Shown one piece after another: positions 59,678 through 64,000 of a stretch of 64,000 nucleotides of DNA. The DNA comes from the human T2T-CHM13v2.0 reference genome, Homo sapiens. The position numbers were made by a program, and so were the translations under genes. Where the stretch lies: NCBI RefSeq assembly GCF_009914755.1, contig NC_060934.1; one strand, given 5' to 3'. Each line of letters starts with the position of its first letter. The stretch's first letter is position 1. The notes below the pieces were generated by a model. It was not told the DNA's origin. It made no database searches and worked only from the letters and a program-made list of their open reading frames with translations.

Positions 59678-59853
59678 CTGAGAAAGGCAGAGTAACAGCA
59701 CTTTGGGGAACAGGCTGGAGGGAGGCCAGCTGCCTGCTTTCTGCAGTTTGTCCAAGGGCCAGCTGCTTGGGTCACTGGGCATCTGTAGAAGAAAAGCACA
59801 GGCCCTCCTTCCTCCCTGACTATGCAGATGCAAGGCTGTGTGTGGGGTTATTA

Positions 59854-59897
59854 TGTGTGTGTGTGTGTGCGCGCGCGCGCACACACACACACACACA
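59854..59897. repeat. (TG)8(CG)5(CA)9 palindromic microsatellite
   Basis: Directly visible. Confidence 0.95.
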
Positions 59898-60369
59898 TAC
59901 ACTCCCCTTCCCTGTCTTCCCTGCAACCTGGTCAGGTGAGAGAGAGAGAGCCCCAGGGACCCATGTGGCTGGCTCTTGGCCACAGTTCTCTGGGTAATCC
60001 CCATCCCATGTCTGTGGCTCAGACACAGCTCAGAGCTGCCCAGCAGTGATGGCCACTGAGGCTGGGGCCCGGGTGAGGGGAGATGAGGACTGGCCCAGGC
60101 TGATGTCCTCACCTGTCCCCTGGTTACACTGGGGAGTCTGCTGCTCTGTTCTCAGCATGCTCCCTGAACACACTTAAGGGATTATTTTTTATGCCCTAGC
60201 CCTAGAGGAGACACGGAGACATTTAATGAATGAATGATAGAGTCCTTCCTTCCTTTATTCATTCAACTATGTTTTGGAGCTGCCCCAAGCTAATGTCACT
60301 AACATCCCTCTGTTTGTACTAGGTGTTGGGGTAGAGTGGGGAACAAACTAATTAGGATCTTTACCTCAC

Positions 60370-60561
60370 AGAGCTTCTTTTATTGGGGGACAACTTCCTC
60401 TTGTGTTGGGGGAGAGCTTCTTTCGTTTGGGGAGAGCTTCTTTTGTGGGGGAAGAGCTTCTTCTTTTGTTGGGGGAGAGCTTTTTATTTTGTGAGGGGGA
60501 GAACTTCTTCTTTTGTTGGGGGAAGAGCTTCTTTTGTGGTGGGAGCTTCTTCTTTTGTGGG
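60370..60561. repeat. Minisatellite, ~9 copies of a 20-24-bp unit gagcttct(tc)ttttgttggggga
   Basis: Directly visible; lies within L2-like sequence (~60240-60980). Confidence 0.9.
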
Positions 60562-61715
60562 CTCCAGCAAGTGGTAAGCCTGGTGATGCAGGTGCCAGGG
60601 TGGGTGGGGAAAGCTAGCCCAGATGAAGGCATTGGGGAGGGAGCCCAGAGAAGTGTGCAGCCAGATGAGAGATGAGAGATGGGCAGGAATAGGTCCAGCG
60701 AAGGGACTGGGAGTGCCAGGGGTGGGGGACATTGCATATTCAAGCAACTTATGAAGTCCACTTTAATAGGACCATGAGATGTGAAAGTGGCGAGGCTGGA
60801 GGAAGATAGTCCAGATCATGCAGCTGCAGGTAAAGGATTTTATCTTGAGGGCATGGGGAGCCATGAGAGGTTTTTTAGGCAAGGGAGGGACCTGATCAGA
60901 TTTTTTTTGGTTCAGAACAATCATTCTGGCTGCTGGGTGGAGACTGATTGGGGAGGGTTATTGGGAGCAGTAATTCAGTCAAAGTATTAATAGCCTGACT
61001 AGGTTGCTGACACCACAGGGAAGGCCAGGAGCCCTCACTCCCTCAGGGTCACCCAGTGGCAGCGCCAGTGTCTGTGCAGACCCAGATATTGGGATTTTAG
61101 AGCTTCCCCTGCCTGCAAAATACTGTGAACCACTGCTCCTACCCTCCATGAATTTCCATCTTCAAGGAGTGGCTCCTTGGCTCAGAGCTTCCTATTCATG
61201 GTCAAATGCAAACATCTCCTGGAGTGTGAATTCAGTCAGTCATGGTGGTATGTTGACCTAACAGGCCACGGGACCTGACCTGGTGTGACGCGCTTCTCGT
61301 TTCCGAATGTCACCTGTCTTATCGACACAACCAGCCAGGGAGGATTTGAGGAGAGACCGTGGAGCACAAGCATGTCATGTCCCCAAAGATTAGTTGATTA
61401 TGAAGGGTGAATGAGAGCTTGCAAGGACTCACCCCGGCCAACCCCATGGATTCTGCTTGGGATCAGAAGATCTGATAAGCCCCAAATCTGGAACTTGTGC
61501 TGCTGACTCCTGTTCCGGGCTGTTCAGGCCCTCAAAGATAAAAGTCATCCATTTCCAAGAAGTTAGGGAACCTGTGACTTGACAGAGATGTCTACTTTGC
61601 CCGCCGTGAGGAGCTCTCAGCAGCGAACTCACTGCTCTTGGCTGGGCCTTTTCCTATGACCCTCCACATTTGCTTGTTTGCCTGAAACCTAATCCTTCCA
61701 TTTTTTAAAAATATA

Positions 61716-61925
61716 TTTTTTAATTGTACTTTAAGTTCTAGGGTACATGTGCACAATGTGCAGGTTTGTTACATATGTATACATGTGCCATGTTGGTGTG
61801 CTGCACCCATTAACTCGTCATTTACATTAGGTATATCTCCTAAAGCTATCCCTCCCTCCTCCCCTCACCCCACAACAGGCCCCGGTGTGTCATGTTCCCC
61901 TTCCTGTGTCCAAGTGTTCTCATTG
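61716..61925 (-). mobile_element. Short L1PA 3'-end insertion (L1PA4-6-like)
   Basis: actttaagttctagggtacatgtgcacaatgtgcaggtttgttac...ccaagtgttctcattg; no clear TSD. Confidence 0.9.
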
Positions 61926-62010
61926 GGATTTTGAACACTTACTTGGAATGGAGCTGTCCCTCCCAGGAGCCCCCAGAGAGGGCAGCCCAGGTGAAGGCAT
62001 TGAGGACGGA

Positions 62011-62369
62011 GCTTTGGGTTCTATATTAGATATTCTCTACTTGCACCTTTGGCTATAGTCTCTGCCCTTGTCCATGCTGGGCCCTGGAAGGCTGAGCCCT
62101 GTGAGCTGCCCCCTTACTCTTTCTTCTGTGCTCTCTGAGTTCTGCCTAAGGGCAGCCACCAGCAGATCAGGGTGCAGGAGTGAGAGTGGAGAATGAGCTG
62201 ATTATCTCTGCTCTCTCCCTGTCTGGACCCAGCTTAGCAATGGCTTCAGGGGTCCTCTGCCAGCAATGCCTGCCAGGCATCCTTCCCCGAAGTCCCAGTT
62301 CCAATAGTGTGGGTAGCACCTCGCCCCTTCTGAAGGTGCTGACAGCTTCCCACTGTGCAATTCCCAGGG
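62011..62369 (-). repeat. Right arm of the 359-bp inverted duplication
   Basis: Reverse complement of 59319-59677. Confidence 0.95.
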
Positions 62370-63282
62370 AGGGAATGGCTGGTATTGCTGAGAAGGGCAC
62401 TTTAAAGCTAAAACTTTGGAATCAGGAAGACCTGAATTAAAATCCTGGTTTCATCACATAGCTTTGGTTTAACCTTGAACAGATGGCTAAGCACCAGTTT
62501 CTCCACATGTAACTTGTAGAAGAAGTTGCCAGTGTTTTGGTAGGTTGCTTAGGCCTATGCTTGGCATCTGGTAGAGGCTCAGTAGTGCTAACGTTTTCTT
62601 CTCTAGTTTGGGAGTTGGGTGGTTCCTTTTACTCCTGTAACTGCCCTGGGCTGAGGTGGGCTGGGTGGGGCAGTGTTTTAGGGTGATTTGTGACAGAGAT
62701 TTGACCACTTAGGTCTTAGCTTTCTCTTTTTCCAGCCTGATGGAAGACCTTGTGTCTTCAATAGCACAAGAGGGTGGGCCTAGAAGAGCTCCAGGACCCA
62801 TACGAGACCTGTAACGACCACGATGCATTTCTAGACTTGAAACTGAGATCTCCTGGTGCCAGGTTAGTGCTCCTTGCTGCTTCGCTGCACCCCAGGTCAT
62901 TTTAACTATCTTCTGAACATAATGCTCATTTCTGCCTCCATAACTCTGCTTAGATTCTCCTGCATGTGGAATGCCACATACGTGATCCCTCTGCTGCCTC
63001 CCAAAATCACACCACACTTTAAAGCCAAGATACACCACCACACTTTTAAATTTTAATAGTGGAAAGAACCTGGGGTTTGGCATCAGTTATACTGAGGCTT
63101 AATCCTTGGGTCTGTCTTCCTGTCAGTTCCACTCTCCATCTCCAAAGGTGGCAAATGCCCAATAGGGGTACATGGTGGAGGGCACCGTGCTGCTGCTGAG
63201 AGGAGCTACTCATGGGCCTGCCCCCTGCCCTCCCATTCTGGAAAGCTCTGAGGGAGGGTCTTTTCATCACTCTTTCTTCTCA

Positions 63283-63692
<410 letters not shown>

Positions 63693-63829
63693 AGACGTAA
63701 ACCTAAAGGAAATCCTAAGACATGCAGATTTTCCCCTTAGAGGGGAAAGGTTTCTCCCATCTAAGCTACCCCTAACTCATGAGTTCTCCAAAGCTCTTCA
63801 GCATGGGGCTATGAAGAGCTTAGATTTTG

Positions 63830-63995
63830 GTTTCTGATGGACTGGGGTTTGCATCCTGGCCTCAACTCTGGCAGTCTATGTGACGCTGGACAAGTTGTTT
63901 TTTCCCCATGGCATCAGGTAAAAATGGGTAAAATATTACCTATCTCATGGGGCTGCTGTAGAATTAAACGAGGTGATGACTTTGCAGTAATAACT
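63830..63995 (+). mobile_element. MIR
   Basis: ctatgtgacgctggacaagttg...gtaaaaatgggtaaaatattacctatctcatggggctgctgtagaattaaacgag. Confidence 0.7.
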
Positions 63996-64000
63996 CAGCA

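Noticed and set aside
60366-60761. ORFs with repeated KK/FF motifs; CRISPR-like appearance of the repeat
   Set aside because: Translation of a head-to-tail minisatellite with no unique spacers, in human DNA.
59299-62440. Paralogous-looking small ORFs (MRVEN...ILSA/IISA)
   Set aside because: By-products of the inverted duplication; non-ATG starts and differing ends give no sign of coding.

Overview
Human genomic DNA around ADRA2A (chr10q25, from recall). About the first 44 kb is almost entirely nested transposable elements. These include old L1M fragments, a solo ERV1 LTR, a complete THE1 element, Tigger2a, a full-length but dead L1PA3/4, a piggyBac MER75, a full-length HSMAR2, a full-length L1MA with an internal inversion, MLT1 LTRs and many Alus. 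A largely unique upstream region follows (45-50 kb), then a CpG island holding the TATA promoter, the long 5'UTR and the single-exon CDS of ADRA2A (51842-53239, +), with its 3'UTR ending near 54.66 kb. ADRA2A is the only supportable protein-coding gene. I found no evidence for a wholly new gene system. Best leads: (1) an AT-rich, GT-AG-bounded intron-like cassette with two AATAAA signals and uORFs inside the 'intronless' ADRA2A 5'UTR; (2) a 359-bp, ~94%-identical non-TE inverted duplication 5-8 kb downstream, enclosing a perfect dinucleotide palindrome and a G-rich VNTR; (3) a perfect PHOX2-type dimer site in a repeat-free upstream island; (4) several template-switch scars in the L1 cluster. 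Repeat subfamily names are from recalled consensus sequences, and boundaries lacking TSDs are approximate.
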